DNA from: an uncultured Sphingobacteriaceae bacterium
GTDB lineage: Bacteria; Bacteroidota; Bacteroidia; Sphingobacteriales; Sphingobacteriaceae
Direction: 5' to 3'
Assembly (NCBI GenBank): GCA_963757615.1
Contig: CAVWSO010000011.1
Location: 42,334-106,333 of the forward strand
DNA: 64,000 nt
Of the stretch, positions 44,827 to 54,834 are shown in pieces. Made by a program: the position numbers and the translations under genes. Under the pieces are notes generated by a model. It searched no databases and was not told where the DNA came from. It saw only the letters and a program-made list of their open reading frames with translations. How positions within the stretch are numbered: position 1 is the first letter of the stretch; each line of letters opens with the position of its first letter.

Positions 44827-46613
44827 ATGAAACAATTCTTCAAATTTGTTTTCGCCACGATGGTGGGGATTCTTTTAGCCAGTATCTTATTTGTAATTGA
44901 TAATTATCGGCATAGTGGTAGCGGCAAGGAGCGATAAACATGTTGAAGTAGATTCTGATTCCGTTCTTCATATCGCCTTTACCACGGATATACCTGAACG
45001 CACGCCTTATAATCCCTTTCAGGACTTGGTTTCCTGGGCATCGACGGTGAAAAAAACCTCGGGCTTAACGAGATACTGGCCAATATTAAAAAGGCAAAAA
45101 CCGACGAAAATATAAAAGGCATTTTTCTCGATGAAAGCTATATGATTTCCGGCCAGGCGACTACCGAGGAAATACGTAATGCTCTTGATCGATTTTAAAA
45201 AATCCGGCAAATTCATCATTGCCTATTCGGAAGTATATACCCAGGGTTTTTATTACCTGGCATCGGTAGCTGATAAAGTATACATTAACCCCAAAGGCAT
45301 ATTTGAGTTCAAGGGTTTTAGTTCGCAGATCACTTTTTTAAAAGGAGCACTTGATAAATTGGGCATCGAAGCACAGGTCATTAAAGTTGGAACCTATAAA
45401 AGCGCGGTTGAGCCATTTGTCCTTACACAAAATGAGCGAGGCCAACCGCATGCAGGTGAACTCATACTTAGGTTCATTGTATGATCACTATTTAACCGGC
45501 ATCGCTGCCAGCCGCAAGATCAGCAAGGATTCGCTATTTAGCATCGCTAATCAATTTAAGCATACAGTTTCCGGAAGATGCGTTGAAATACAAACTGGTT
45601 GACGGGCTGAAATACAAAGACGAAATGTTGAGACGAGCTGAAACAGTCGCACAGGCGTATCTGCTGACAAAGGATCTTACATGAGCTGTTGAATTGGGTG
45701 ATTATGCCAGCAATAATTCAGATGCTAAGGAGAACGATAAAAAGGAGACAAAAAATCAGATCGCCATTGTCTATGCATCAGGCGAGATCAATGGCGGCGA
45801 TGGCGATGATAACTACATCGGATCTGAAAGCATATCAAAAGCGCTGCGCAAGGTAAGAGTGGATGATCATGTTAAAGCCGTGGTTTTCCGTGTAAACTCG
45901 CCGGGAGGAAGCTCGCTGGCATCGGATGTGATCTGGCGCGAGGTGATGCTGACCAAAAAAGTAAAGCCGATCATCGTATCGATGGGCGATCTGGCAGCAT
46001 CGGGCGGTTATTATATCTCCTGCGCTGCAGATTCCATTATTGCTGAACCCAATACCATTACCGGCTCTATCGGCATTTTTGCCATCATCCCGAATCTGCA
46101 AAAGTTGTTTAATGATAAACTGGGTATTACTTTCGACGGGGTAAAAACAGGCAAATATGCCGATCTGGGCGACATTAGCCGCCCCCTATCCGCCGAAGAA
46201 AAGGCGATCCTGCAAAATAGTGTTAACCGCGGCTATGAGTGATTTTACAAAAGCTGTTGCCGCAGGGCCGCCATAAAACACAGGCTTACATCAACAGCAT
46301 TGGCCAGGGCCGGGTGTGGACAGGGGCCCAGGCAGTAAAAATCGGTCTGGTTGACCGTTTGGGTAATATCAATGATGCCATCAAGTCTGCCGCCAAAAAA
46401 GCAAACATCAAGAATTATACCCTGGTACCTTATCCCGAGCAAAAGAAAAATGTATTTAACCGCTTTGGCGCGGATATCAGCACTAAAATGAAAGCCCATT
46501 TTGTGAAATCAGAGCTGGGAGATAATTACAGATACTATGAGCAGATCAAGGGTATTACGCAGATAATGAGTGTACCTCAGGCAAGAATGCCCTACGATAT
46601 TGTTATCCGTTAG
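44827..46613 (+). CDS. sppA: Signal peptide peptidase SppA, long form (frameshifted)
   Basis: MKQFFKFVFA, DFKKSGKFI, VGTYKSAVEPF, RVNSPGGS, SMGDLAASGGYYI, TITGSIG, GRVWTG. Confidence 0.95.
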
Positions 46614-46639
46614 TTTTTCCGCTTACTTCCATTTATTAA

Positions 46640-46678
46640 CCGGGGCCATATCTAACGCAGATATGGCCTCGATTTTTT
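46640..46678 (+). terminator. Intrinsic terminator after sppA
   Basis: GGCCATATCT...AGATATGGCC hairpin followed by TTTTTT. Confidence 0.75.
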
Positions 46679-46766
46679 AAAACAAAATACAAAAACAGAC
46701 CATTATGAACTATGCGGCGCCGGCAATATCTATTGAACTAATTTGTATTTTTACAGGCCAAATACC

Positions 46767-48450
46767 ATGGAAAACAAACCCATTTCCCGTACGCTCCGAC
46801 TTTTGTCCCAACTCATGGAACTTCATGATGAAAATCCATTTAAGATAAAGTCGCTTGTCAATGCAGCCTTCAAGATTGATAAACTGCCCTACCCGGTAAA
46901 AAGTAAAAACCTGGCTGAAATTGAAAAAATTGACGGCATAGGTAAAAGTACGGCTACCAAAATTGCGGAATTATTGGAAAAAGGCAGTATTACCGAGATG
47001 CGGGAGCTCCTGGCCAGGACACCCGAAGGCGTGGTCGAAATGCTGGGTATCAAAGGCATCGGTCCTAAAAAAATTGCCGTCATTTGGCATGACCTTGGGA
47101 TCGAAAATATCGGCGAACTGTACTATGCCTGCAATGAGAACAGGCTGATCGAGGCAAAAGGCTTTGGTTTAAAGACGCAGCAAGAAATCGCCAGAGCAAT
47201 CGAATTCAGAGATGGCCAGCAACGGAAAATTTTTGTATGCGCAGGTCGAGCCTATGGCTAATAAAATATATCAGTATGTAAAAGACACCGTCCCCGATGC
47301 CTATGTAAAATTCACCGGTGAATATCGGCGCTGCTGCCAGATCATTAATGAACTCACGCTGCTGGTGGGCACCATTGACAGGCACATCAGTTTAGAGGCA
47401 ATTGCCGGCCAGGGCTATCTGCAAAACGAAACGCTCAGCGAACAGCATATAAAAGGCGAAACTGAAAACGGCCTGAAAGTCAAAATCAAAGTAGTTACCG
47501 GCCGATATTTTTTTATCGAACTGTTCATGGAAACAGGCAGTGATGCCTATACCAAAGCTATATTGGACCGTATCGCGGACAATATAGAGGAACCGGAAAA
47601 TGAAGAGATGATCTTTACCAAGGCCGGACTCACATGGATGCCGCCCGAGCTTCGCGAAGACAGTACTTTCATAGAAAGAGCTGCCAAGAATGATCTGCCT
47701 CATCTGATTACCTATCACGATCTTAAAGGCACATTGCATAATCACAGTACCTGGAGCGACGGCATAAATACGCTGGAGGAAATGGCACTGTACTGCCGTG
47801 ACGAGTTGAAGCTGGAATACCTGGGCATAAGCGATCACAGCAAAAGCGCCATTTATGCCAAGGGCCTGTCAATCGAAAGGGTTTTACAGCAGCACGAAGA
47901 AATTGATCATCTGAATAAAAAAATCAAGGATTTTCACATATTTAAAGGTATCGAGTCGGACATTCTGAATGACGGCTCGCTGGATTACCCGGACGAAATA
48001 TTACAGCGCTTTGATTTTATAGTCGCCTCGGTTCATTCCAATCTGAAAATGGACAAGGAAAAAGCTACTGCACGCCTGATCAAGGCCATAGAAAATCCCT
48101 ATACGACCATCCTTGGACACCCCACCGGAAGATTGCTTTTGAGCCGAAACGGATATGAACTGGATTACAAAAAAGTTATCGACGCCTGCAGCGGCCAACA
48201 ATGTAGTGATAGAGATCAACTCGAACCCTTTAAGGCTTGACCTTGACTGGCGCTGGCACCAGTATGCACTCATAAGGGTGTTAAGCTTTCAGTAAACCCG
48301 GATGCACACCGCAATGAAGGATTTTTAGACATGCATTATGGTATATTAGCAGCGCGAAAAGGTGGACTCAGCAAGGAGATGTGTTTTAATGCGCTTGCGC
48401 TGGAACAGATCAAAAAAGCATTTGAACTAAAAAAATCAACACAAAAATAA
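46767..48450 (+). CDS. polX: PolX-PHP family DNA polymerase/3'-5' exonuclease, non-canonical (frameshifted)
   Basis: ENPFK, HhH motifs GIGKS/GIGPKK/GFGLK, PPELRE; PHP motifs [35 protein letters not shown]. Confidence 0.9.
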
Positions 48451-48480
48451 ATTCGGATAGCAAAAATTCGAAATCCAGCT

Positions 48481-49467
48481 ATGTTAACAGATAAAGTACG
48501 TTCCATTCAGCAATCAAAAAAAACGCCTTCCATATTGGTAATCGGGGACCTGATGATAGATCATTATATCTGGGGTAGCGCAACCAGGCTCTCCCCCGAG
48601 GCTCCCGTTCCGATTGTGAACGTATCGAACGAATCGACAACCCTGGGTGGTGCGGCAAATGTAGCCCAAAATCTGGTTGCACTGGGCGCCAGGGTAACAC
48701 TCAGCGGCCTGGTTGGCGATGATGTATTTGGCGACCGACTGCTGGAAATACTTGCAGGTGAAGGTATTTCTTCCGACGCCGTTTTAAAGGATAAGCAGCG
48801 GCCAACAACGGTAAAGACCAGGGTCGTAGCCGGCAGTCACCAGCTGGTACGCGTAGACAGGGAAATCACCGACCATGTTACCAGCGAACTGGAAGATGAG
48901 TTGGCAGCCAAACTGGACGAACATATCAATGCGGCCGATATCGTGCTTTTCTCTGACTACGGAAAAGGACTGTTTTCAAAGAATCTGACCCAAAGGCTCC
49001 TCAGACTGGTCAATCAAAAAAACAAGAAAGTAATCGTAGACCCAAAAGGGCTGGATTATGAAAAATATAAGGGCGCCTATATCATAAAACCGAATCGCAA
49101 AGAGTTAGCTGAAGCTGCCGGGACCGAAAAAATAAGAACGATTGATGATTTGCAGAAGGCGGCCAGGGTAATCCTAAAACAAACCGAAGCTGAATACCTC
49201 GTTGTTACTTTGTCCGAAGAAGGCATGGTTATTCTGGATGAGATTACCTATAAGTTGTTGCCCGTAAAAGCTACCGCGGTGTTTGATGTAACCGGCGCGG
49301 GCGATACTGTCCTATCGGCAATGGCTTATTTTCTAGCGAGCGGGCTGAACATAGAAGAGGCCTGTGAACTGGCCAATCACGCCGCGGCGATCGTGATCAG
49401 AAGCGTCGGCAGCGCTACGACGACAATCGATGAAATACTTAATGATATGGAAAAAGGTAAAGCTTAA
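48481..49467 (+). CDS. rfaE1: D-glycero-beta-D-manno-heptose-7-phosphate kinase (HldA/RfaE domain I)
   Basis: IGDLMIDHY.G..RLSPEAPVP, GGAANVA, SDYGKG, VDPK, KPNRKE, DVTGAGDT. Confidence 0.93.
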   Translation: MLTDKVRSIQQSKKTPSILVIGDLMIDHYIWGSATRLSPEAPVPIVNVSNESTTLGGAANVAQNLVALGARVTLSGLVGDDVFGDRLLEILAGEGISSDAVLKDKQRPTTVKTRVVAGSHQLVRVDREITDHVTSELEDELAAKLDEHINAADIVLFSDYGKGLFSKNLTQRLLRLVNQKNKKVIVDPKGLDYEKYKGAYIIKPNRKELAEAAGTEKIRTIDDLQKAARVILKQTEAEYLVVTLSEEGMVILDEITYKLLPVKATAVFDVTGAGDTVLSAMAYFLASGLNIEEACELANHAAAIVIRSVGSATTTIDEILNDMEKGKA

Positions 49468-49522
49468 TCCTGGAAGTTTCAGAATCATTAGGCCCTAAAT
49501 TAATAATACAACAGCAAAATAT

Positions 49523-50077
49523 ATGGTTATCCAGGAACTTGTAGAACATCAGAACACTGTAGCCAAAGTGATCGACACCCTTAGCGGGCAAATCGAGACC
49601 GCTTGTGAAATGATCACTACCGCCGTAAAAAATGGGAATAAGGTCTTGCTAGCGGGCAATGGAGGAAGTGCAGCCGACGCCCAGCATATTGCAGCCGAAC
49701 TCAGCGGCCGTTTTGTAAAAGAACGCAAGGCATTGCCGGGCATAGCTTTAACAACCGATACCTCGGCGATCACGGCGATCGCCAACGACTATGGTTATGA
49801 ATTTGTATTCTCACGACAGGTGGAGGCATTGGCCGCGCCAGGGGATCTTTTTATTGGCATTTCGACCAGTGGTAACAGCCAGGGTATATTGAATGCGCTT
49901 GACTCGGCCAGAAAATCAGGCTGCAAGACGCTTGGACTGTCCGGCAGAAATGGTGGTAAAATGAACACCTTATGTGATTTGAATATCATTGTGCCCTCTG
50001 AGGTTACAGCCCGTATACAGGAAATACACATATTGATCGGTCATATATTGTGCAAGGCCGTAGATAACGAATTTTAG
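49523..50077 (+). CDS. gmhA: Phosphoheptose isomerase
   Basis: GNGGSAADAQHIAAEL, AIANDYG, FSRQVE, STSGNS, ARIQEIH. Confidence 0.95.
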   Translation: MVIQELVEHQNTVAKVIDTLSGQIETACEMITTAVKNGNKVLLAGNGGSAADAQHIAAELSGRFVKERKALPGIALTTDTSAITAIANDYGYEFVFSRQVEALAAPGDLFIGISTSGNSQGILNALDSARKSGCKTLGLSGRNGGKMNTLCDLNIIVPSEVTARIQEIHILIGHILCKAVDNEF

Positions 50078-50085
50078 CGCAGGTC

Positions 50086-50589
50086 ATGAGTATCCAAATT
50101 GAACAAACGCTGCTTAATAAAATAAGCGACCTTCCCAAATTGATAGCCCTGATCTCGGGCTGGAAAAGCCAGGGCAAGAAAGTCGTATTTACCAACGGTG
50201 TCTTTGACCTGCTGCATATTGGCCATATTACCTATATGGCTAAGGCTGCCGAGCTGGGTGACAAACTCGTTATCGGCTTGAATTCAGACAGTTCGGTCAA
50301 AAGAATAAAAGGCCCGGACCGCCCGGTTAATGATCAGAACAGTCGCGCCGCACTGCTGGCTGCATTATTTTTTGTCGATGCCATCGTGGTTTTCCAGGAG
50401 GATACCCCCATTAACGTGATCACGACTTTGATGCCTGATATCCTGGTAAAAGGCGCCGATTATGCGATCGAAAACATTGTGGGGGCAAAAGAGGTCATAG
50501 CAGGCGGCGGCCAGGTGAAAACGATCGACTTTGTAGAAGGTTATTCCTCCACTTCGATTATTCAAAAAATAAGAAACCAGATTACCTGA
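50086..50589 (+). CDS. rfaE2: D-glycero-beta-D-manno-heptose 1-phosphate adenylyltransferase (HldC/RfaE domain II)
   Basis: VVFTNGVFDLLHIGH, GLNSDSSV, KG..RP, LVKGADY, SSTSII. Confidence 0.93.
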   Translation: MSIQIEQTLLNKISDLPKLIALISGWKSQGKKVVFTNGVFDLLHIGHITYMAKAAELGDKLVIGLNSDSSVKRIKGPDRPVNDQNSRAALLAALFFVDAIVVFQEDTPINVITTLMPDILVKGADYAIENIVGAKEVIAGGGQVKTIDFVEGYSSTSIIQKIRNQIT

Positions 50590-50591
50590 AT

Positions 50592-51566
50592 ATGAAGATA
50601 CTGGTTATCCGTTTCAGCTCCATGGGCGATATTATTTACACTACGCCTGTAGTACGCTGCCTTAAAAAGCAGCTCCCGGGAGCGGAAATCCATTTTCTCA
50701 CGAAACCAGCCTTCAAATATATCTATCAGAACAATCCTTACCTCGATAAATTGCTGCTGCTAAAGTCGTCGCTGTCGGAAACCATCGAAGATATCCGGTC
50801 GGAGCAATATGACTACGTCATCGACCTGCACAGTAATCTGCGCACCTGGCTGATTAAGCTGCGCTCGGGTATAAAATCCTCCACCTACAAAAAACAGCGT
50901 CTGCGTAAATGGCTTAGCCTTAAATTTCATCTCAGACTAGTGCCGCCTGTTCATCTGGTCGAACGATATCTAAAAACCGTTAAATTCCTGGGAGTTACCA
51001 ATGATGGAAAACCCATTGACTACTATATCCAGTCTCAATACGAGTTATCAGCGCTCCTTCCTCAATCCCATCAGCCTGACTATGTGGCTTTTGTGATCGG
51101 CGCTACGCATTTCACCAAACGGATGCCCAATGAAAAAATCATCGCTGTATGCCGTCAGATCAAGCGCCCCATCGTGCTGCTTGGCGGAAAGGACGTCAGG
51201 GCCAATGGCAGTGAAATTGCCCTGGCGGTTGGCCAGAACGTCTATAATGCCTGCGGCCTGACTTCGCTTGATCAGTCCGTTTTCCTGGTTTCAAAGGCAC
51301 AGAAAGTGCTGGGTTTTGATACCGGGCTAACGCATATTGCGGAGGCCTTTGACCGGCCTATTGCCTCGATCTGGGGCGGCACCGTGCCGGAATTACTCGG
51401 GGTACAGCCATATATGGCCAGGAACGCAGAAGTGATAGGCATTGAACTGCCCTGCAGGCCCTGTTCAAAATTTGGACTGGAGAAATGTCCGCTCGGACAT
51501 TTTAAATGTATGAACGATATACCCAATGATGTGATAGTTGATTTTGCTAATCATATCCTTGAATAA
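50592..51566 (+). CDS. Glycosyltransferase family 9 (heptosyltransferase-like)
   Basis: KILVIRFSSMGDI, DLH, DTGLTHIA, CRPCS...CP.GHFKCM. Confidence 0.9.
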   Translation: MKILVIRFSSMGDIIYTTPVVRCLKKQLPGAEIHFLTKPAFKYIYQNNPYLDKLLLLKSSLSETIEDIRSEQYDYVIDLHSNLRTWLIKLRSGIKSSTYKKQRLRKWLSLKFHLRLVPPVHLVERYLKTVKFLGVTNDGKPIDYYIQSQYELSALLPQSHQPDYVAFVIGATHFTKRMPNEKIIAVCRQIKRPIVLLGGKDVRANGSEIALAVGQNVYNACGLTSLDQSVFLVSKAQKVLGFDTGLTHIAEAFDRPIASIWGGTVPELLGVQPYMARNAEVIGIELPCRPCSKFGLEKCPLGHFKCMNDIPNDVIVDFANHILE

Positions 51567-51580
51567 ACCTGCCTGATTTT

Positions 51581-51775
51581 TTGCAGCTAGTTTTTAATCA
51601 GGACGTCAGTAACCCGGATCTTGGTCTGAATTTCCTGGCAGGATATCACTTTGACACAGGCTTTGCTTTTAATATCAGCTATGGCTTTGGACTAGCCAAC
51701 CTGTCTAACAGTACAGCCGACGGATCAATTAAAAATCAGGCGATAGGTTTATCGATTTCATTTTTCTTCAAATAA
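51581..51775 (+). pseudogene. C-terminal remnant of an outer-membrane beta-barrel (porin-like) protein
   Basis: DLGLNFLAGY...YGFGLANL...IKNQAIGLSISFFF resembles the last strands of Bacteroidota OMPs; no signal peptide, no N-terminal part. Confidence 0.6.
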
Positions 51776-51787
51776 AAAACTATTTTT

Positions 51788-51827
51788 AACTCCTATGGTA
51801 TTCCTATAATACCATAGGAGTTTTTTT
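51788..51827 (+). terminator. Intrinsic terminator
   Basis: AACTCCTATGGTATT...AATACCATAGGAGTT followed by a T-run that abuts the sixA ATG. Confidence 0.75.
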
Positions 51828-52316
51828 ATGAAGAAGCTATTATTAGTGCGCCACGCAAAAGCAGTTCACGATACCGCCTATAGTGACTTTGAAAGGCCGT
51901 TAAAGCACTCGGGCATTCAGGACGCAATCATGATGGCTGAAAGGCTTCAAAGTGAATCGATTATTCCGCAGCTCATTATAACCAGTCCCTCCCTGCGCAC
52001 GGCTGCAACCGCCGATATTATCACCGAGCACCTGGCATTGCCCAAGTCCCGGGAAGACGCAACAATCTATGATGCCGGACAGCAAACTTTGCTGGATATC
52101 GTGGCCGGATTTGCTGAAGAACTAAATTTTATTGGCCTGGTGGGCCATAACCCCGGAATAAATCAGTTATTGGAATATTATACGGGTGATTCACGCGAAA
52201 TGTCTCCCGGTGCGGCTGCTATGATTATTTTTGAGGTAGAACAGTGGCAAATGATCAGTTATGATACAGGCAAATTAGCCTGGTTCAGCTCACCAAAAGA
52301 ACATCAGATAAAATAG
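51828..52316 (+). CDS. sixA: SixA-like histidine phosphatase
   Basis: LVRHAKA, DFERPL, SPSLRT, LVGHNPG. Confidence 0.85.
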   Translation: MKKLLLVRHAKAVHDTAYSDFERPLKHSGIQDAIMMAERLQSESIIPQLIITSPSLRTAATADIITEHLALPKSREDATIYDAGQQTLLDIVAGFAEELNFIGLVGHNPGINQLLEYYTGDSREMSPGAAAMIIFEVEQWQMISYDTGKLAWFSSPKEHQIK

Positions 52317-52349
52317 CTTTGTATTGGCCCAGAGCTATTAAAAGTCAGT

Positions 52350-52973
52350 TTATTTTGTATAGATCACCTGTTTGGTCTCAAAGAACTCCTCTGCGAAGTA
52401 ATCCTTAAGAAAAAAATGTTTAACGGAAAGCCCCGATTCGGCAATTTCCTGTTCCAGGTCCCCCCCTTTCAAATATAAAATACCATTGGGAAGCGTGTTT
52501 TTCGAGACTTTATTGAATTTTCCCTTCACCCAGGGATAAAAATCCTTGAGCTGTGTCACCGCTCTGGACACCACAAAATCATATTTATGGGGTACCAGCT
52601 CTGCCCTCTGGTGCTCGCCCTTCAGGTTTTTGAGCCCAATAGCTTTGGCCACTTCGTTTACTACCTTGATCTTTTTACCGATCGAATCAACCAGGTAAAA
52701 TTGCGTTTGCGGGAACATAATGGCAAGCGGGATGCCCGGAAAACCTCCTCCCGTACCAACATCCAGCACATGTTCCCCTGGTAAAAAGGAGATCACTTTG
52801 GCAATTCCCAGAGAATGCAATACATGCCGCTCGGCCAGCAGATCAATATCCTTGCGGGATACTACATTGATCTGGCTGTTCCAGAAACTGTATAGTTCGG
52901 GTAATTGCAGGTATTGCTGCTGTTGCTGCGAAGTTAGATCAGGAAAATATTTAAATACGATCTCAGATGTCAT
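52350..52973 (-). CDS. rsmG: 16S rRNA m7G527 methyltransferase
   Basis: WNSQINVVSR, HVLHSL, DVGTGGGFPGIPLAI, VDSIGKK, VVSRAV. Confidence 0.96.
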   Translation of the reverse strand: MTSEIVFKYFPDLTSQQQQQYLQLPELYSFWNSQINVVSRKDIDLLAERHVLHSLGIAKVISFLPGEHVLDVGTGGGFPGIPLAIMFPQTQFYLVDSIGKKIKVVNEVAKAIGLKNLKGEHQRAELVPHKYDFVVSRAVTQLKDFYPWVKGKFNKVSKNTLPNGILYLKGGDLEQEIAESGLSVKHFFLKDYFAEEFFETKQVIYTK

Positions 52974-53568
52974 CCCGGTTAAACCTGTTAATGATATTGC
53001 CCAGCAGGTACCTGGCCCTGAATAGCTGGGCTTTCACCGTGCCTAATGGCAGATCAAGCTGCTGAGCTATTTCTTCGTAAGACAATTCATCAAAATAACG
53101 CAGCGTGATCAGGTTTCGGTATCGTGCAGGTAAACTTTCTATCAGAATCTTTAATTCCTGAGTCTGCTGCTTCTTGATCGAAGTTTCTTCGGGATTGAGT
53201 ACATCTGCTTTTATCTGCAGCGTTTTCTCTTCACCGTCATCATCCACCATACCGTGGATGGACATGGTATTCAATTTCTTTTTACGGATAAAGTCGATAC
53301 AATTATTCGTTGCTACGCGGAACAACCAGGTGCTGAAAGCATAATCTGGTTGGTATTTGTCTAGTTTTTCAAAGGCTTTGGCGAAGGTTTCTACAGTGAG
53401 GTCCATGGCGTCCTCCTTGTTGTTAACCATCTTTAGCGCCATAAAATAAATAGAGTCCTTGTACCTGTGCATCAGGTCGGCATAAGCTTTTTGATTGCCT
53501 TCTCTTGCCTTTACAACAAGATGAAAATCATTTTTTGCGTTTTCGGTAAAGTTTGCGTTTACTTCCAC
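52963..53568 (-). CDS. ECF sigma-70 factor
   Basis: Region 2 DAMDLTVETF..FSTWLFRVATNNCIDFIRK; region 4 LSYEEIA..LGTVKAQLFRAR. Confidence 0.95.
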   Translation of the reverse strand: MEVNANFTENAKNDFHLVVKAREGNQKAYADLMHRYKDSIYFMALKMVNNKEDAMDLTVETFAKAFEKLDKYQPDYAFSTWLFRVATNNCIDFIRKKKLNTMSIHGMVDDDGEEKTLQIKADVLNPEETSIKKQQTQELKILIESLPARYRNLITLRYFDELSYEEIAQQLDLPLGTVKAQLFRARYLLGNIINRFNRDDI

Positions 53569-54674
53569 TGAGTAGTTTTTATAAAAGTGCCTATCAATCC
53601 AAAAATATTTAAATAAACATAATATACAAGGTCAAAGAATGGCAAAAACCATAATAATTTTTTACCGCCTAATTTCCCAAACACCTTATAGTATACAGTA
53701 AGCTGAAAAATCAGCCTGACCAGAAATAAGCCCAGTGCGATCCATGGATTGAAGAATATCAGGCATAAGATAAGGAAAATATAGAATAAAAATCCCGTCA
53801 ATGCATCAAAGCTCAGCATTCTGCGGTGTTTATTTTTATAAAGTTTGCCCACGCCCATATGCCTTCTTTTCTGCCTGTACAAAGATGCCACCGTGGACTT
53901 GGCTTCGCTAAAGGTAAAAGCATCCGGATGGAGCTCGATTTGGGTATTTTCCCGGGTGGAATTTTGGTTAACGAACAAATCATCATCTCCCGAAAGGACA
54001 TGCATATGGGAGCCAAAGCCCTTGCTTTTAAAAAACAATGCTTTTGTATAGGCAAGGTTTCGCCCGATGCCCATGTAGGGATTACCCGCCAGAACAGCCG
54101 AGAGATAATTGGCAGCCGTTTTTATGGTCTCAAAACGCACGAATGGATTAACGAAATTCCTGGTCTTAAAATAAGGTGAATACCCCAAGACGATCTCCGT
54201 TGAACCGGTGAAATTAGCCACCATTCTTGTTATCCATTTGGCGGAAGCAGGTTTGCAGTCGGCGTCCGTGAATAGCAGATGATCGTGTTTTGAAGCCTTG
54301 ATTCCCATGGTCAGGGCAAACTTTTTCCCTGTTTTATGGCGGTCATTTTCTTTGAGTGTAACCACTTTCAAATGCGGGTACCTGTCCTGAAATGCTTTAA
54401 GAACATGTTCTGAATCGTCCAGTGAACAATCGTTGATGACGACGACTTCAAAATCCGGGTATTCCTGTTCCAGGATAAATGTCAGGTTTTCGGAAAGATT
54501 CTGCTGCTCATTACGGGCACTGATGATCACCGAAACCGGAATATTGGCGGAGGCGACCTCATCAGGCGGGTCGAAGGATCTAAGTCTGTTGTGATAATTA
54601 AAAAGGTAATACAGCTGGGCTATAAAACACAAAGACAGAATTGTAAAAAAGGCCTCGGGTAAATATGTTTCCAA
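53559..54674 (-). CDS. Membrane-anchored glycosyltransferase family 2
   Basis: VSVIISARNE, NDCSLD, GKKFAL, FTDADC, GDDD, QKRRH; TTG start. Confidence 0.9.
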   Translation of the reverse strand: METYLPEAFFTILSLCFIAQLYYLFNYHNRLRSFDPPDEVASANIPVSVIISARNEQQNLSENLTFILEQEYPDFEVVVINDCSLDDSEHVLKAFQDRYPHLKVVTLKENDRHKTGKKFALTMGIKASKHDHLLFTDADCKPASAKWITRMVANFTGSTEIVLGYSPYFKTRNFVNPFVRFETIKTAANYLSAVLAGNPYMGIGRNLAYTKALFFKSKGFGSHMHVLSGDDDLFVNQNSTRENTQIELHPDAFTFSEAKSTVASLYRQKRRHMGVGKLYKNKHRRMLSFDALTGFLFYIFLILCLIFFNPWIALGLFLVRLIFQLTVYYKVFGKLGGKKLLWFLPFFDLVYYVYLNIFGLIGTFIKTTQWK

Positions 54675-54834
54675 ATCAGATCAATTATAAAACAAAGTTG
54701 TTAAAAAACTATGAGAGTTTTTGAAAGGTTGATAAGTTGTGATTTTGAGTGCTAATGTGGAAAAATCCCATCGATTTAAACTTTAAGTTAACCACGAACA
54801 AATCGCTTCAAATAACTAATTTTGCAGCCTTGCA

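Noticed and set aside
1688-48450. Mass pseudogenisation or programmed frameshifting of housekeeping genes
   Set aside because: Essential genes carry several scattered indels with intact motifs and no consistent slippery or stimulatory signal; consensus error is more parsimonious.
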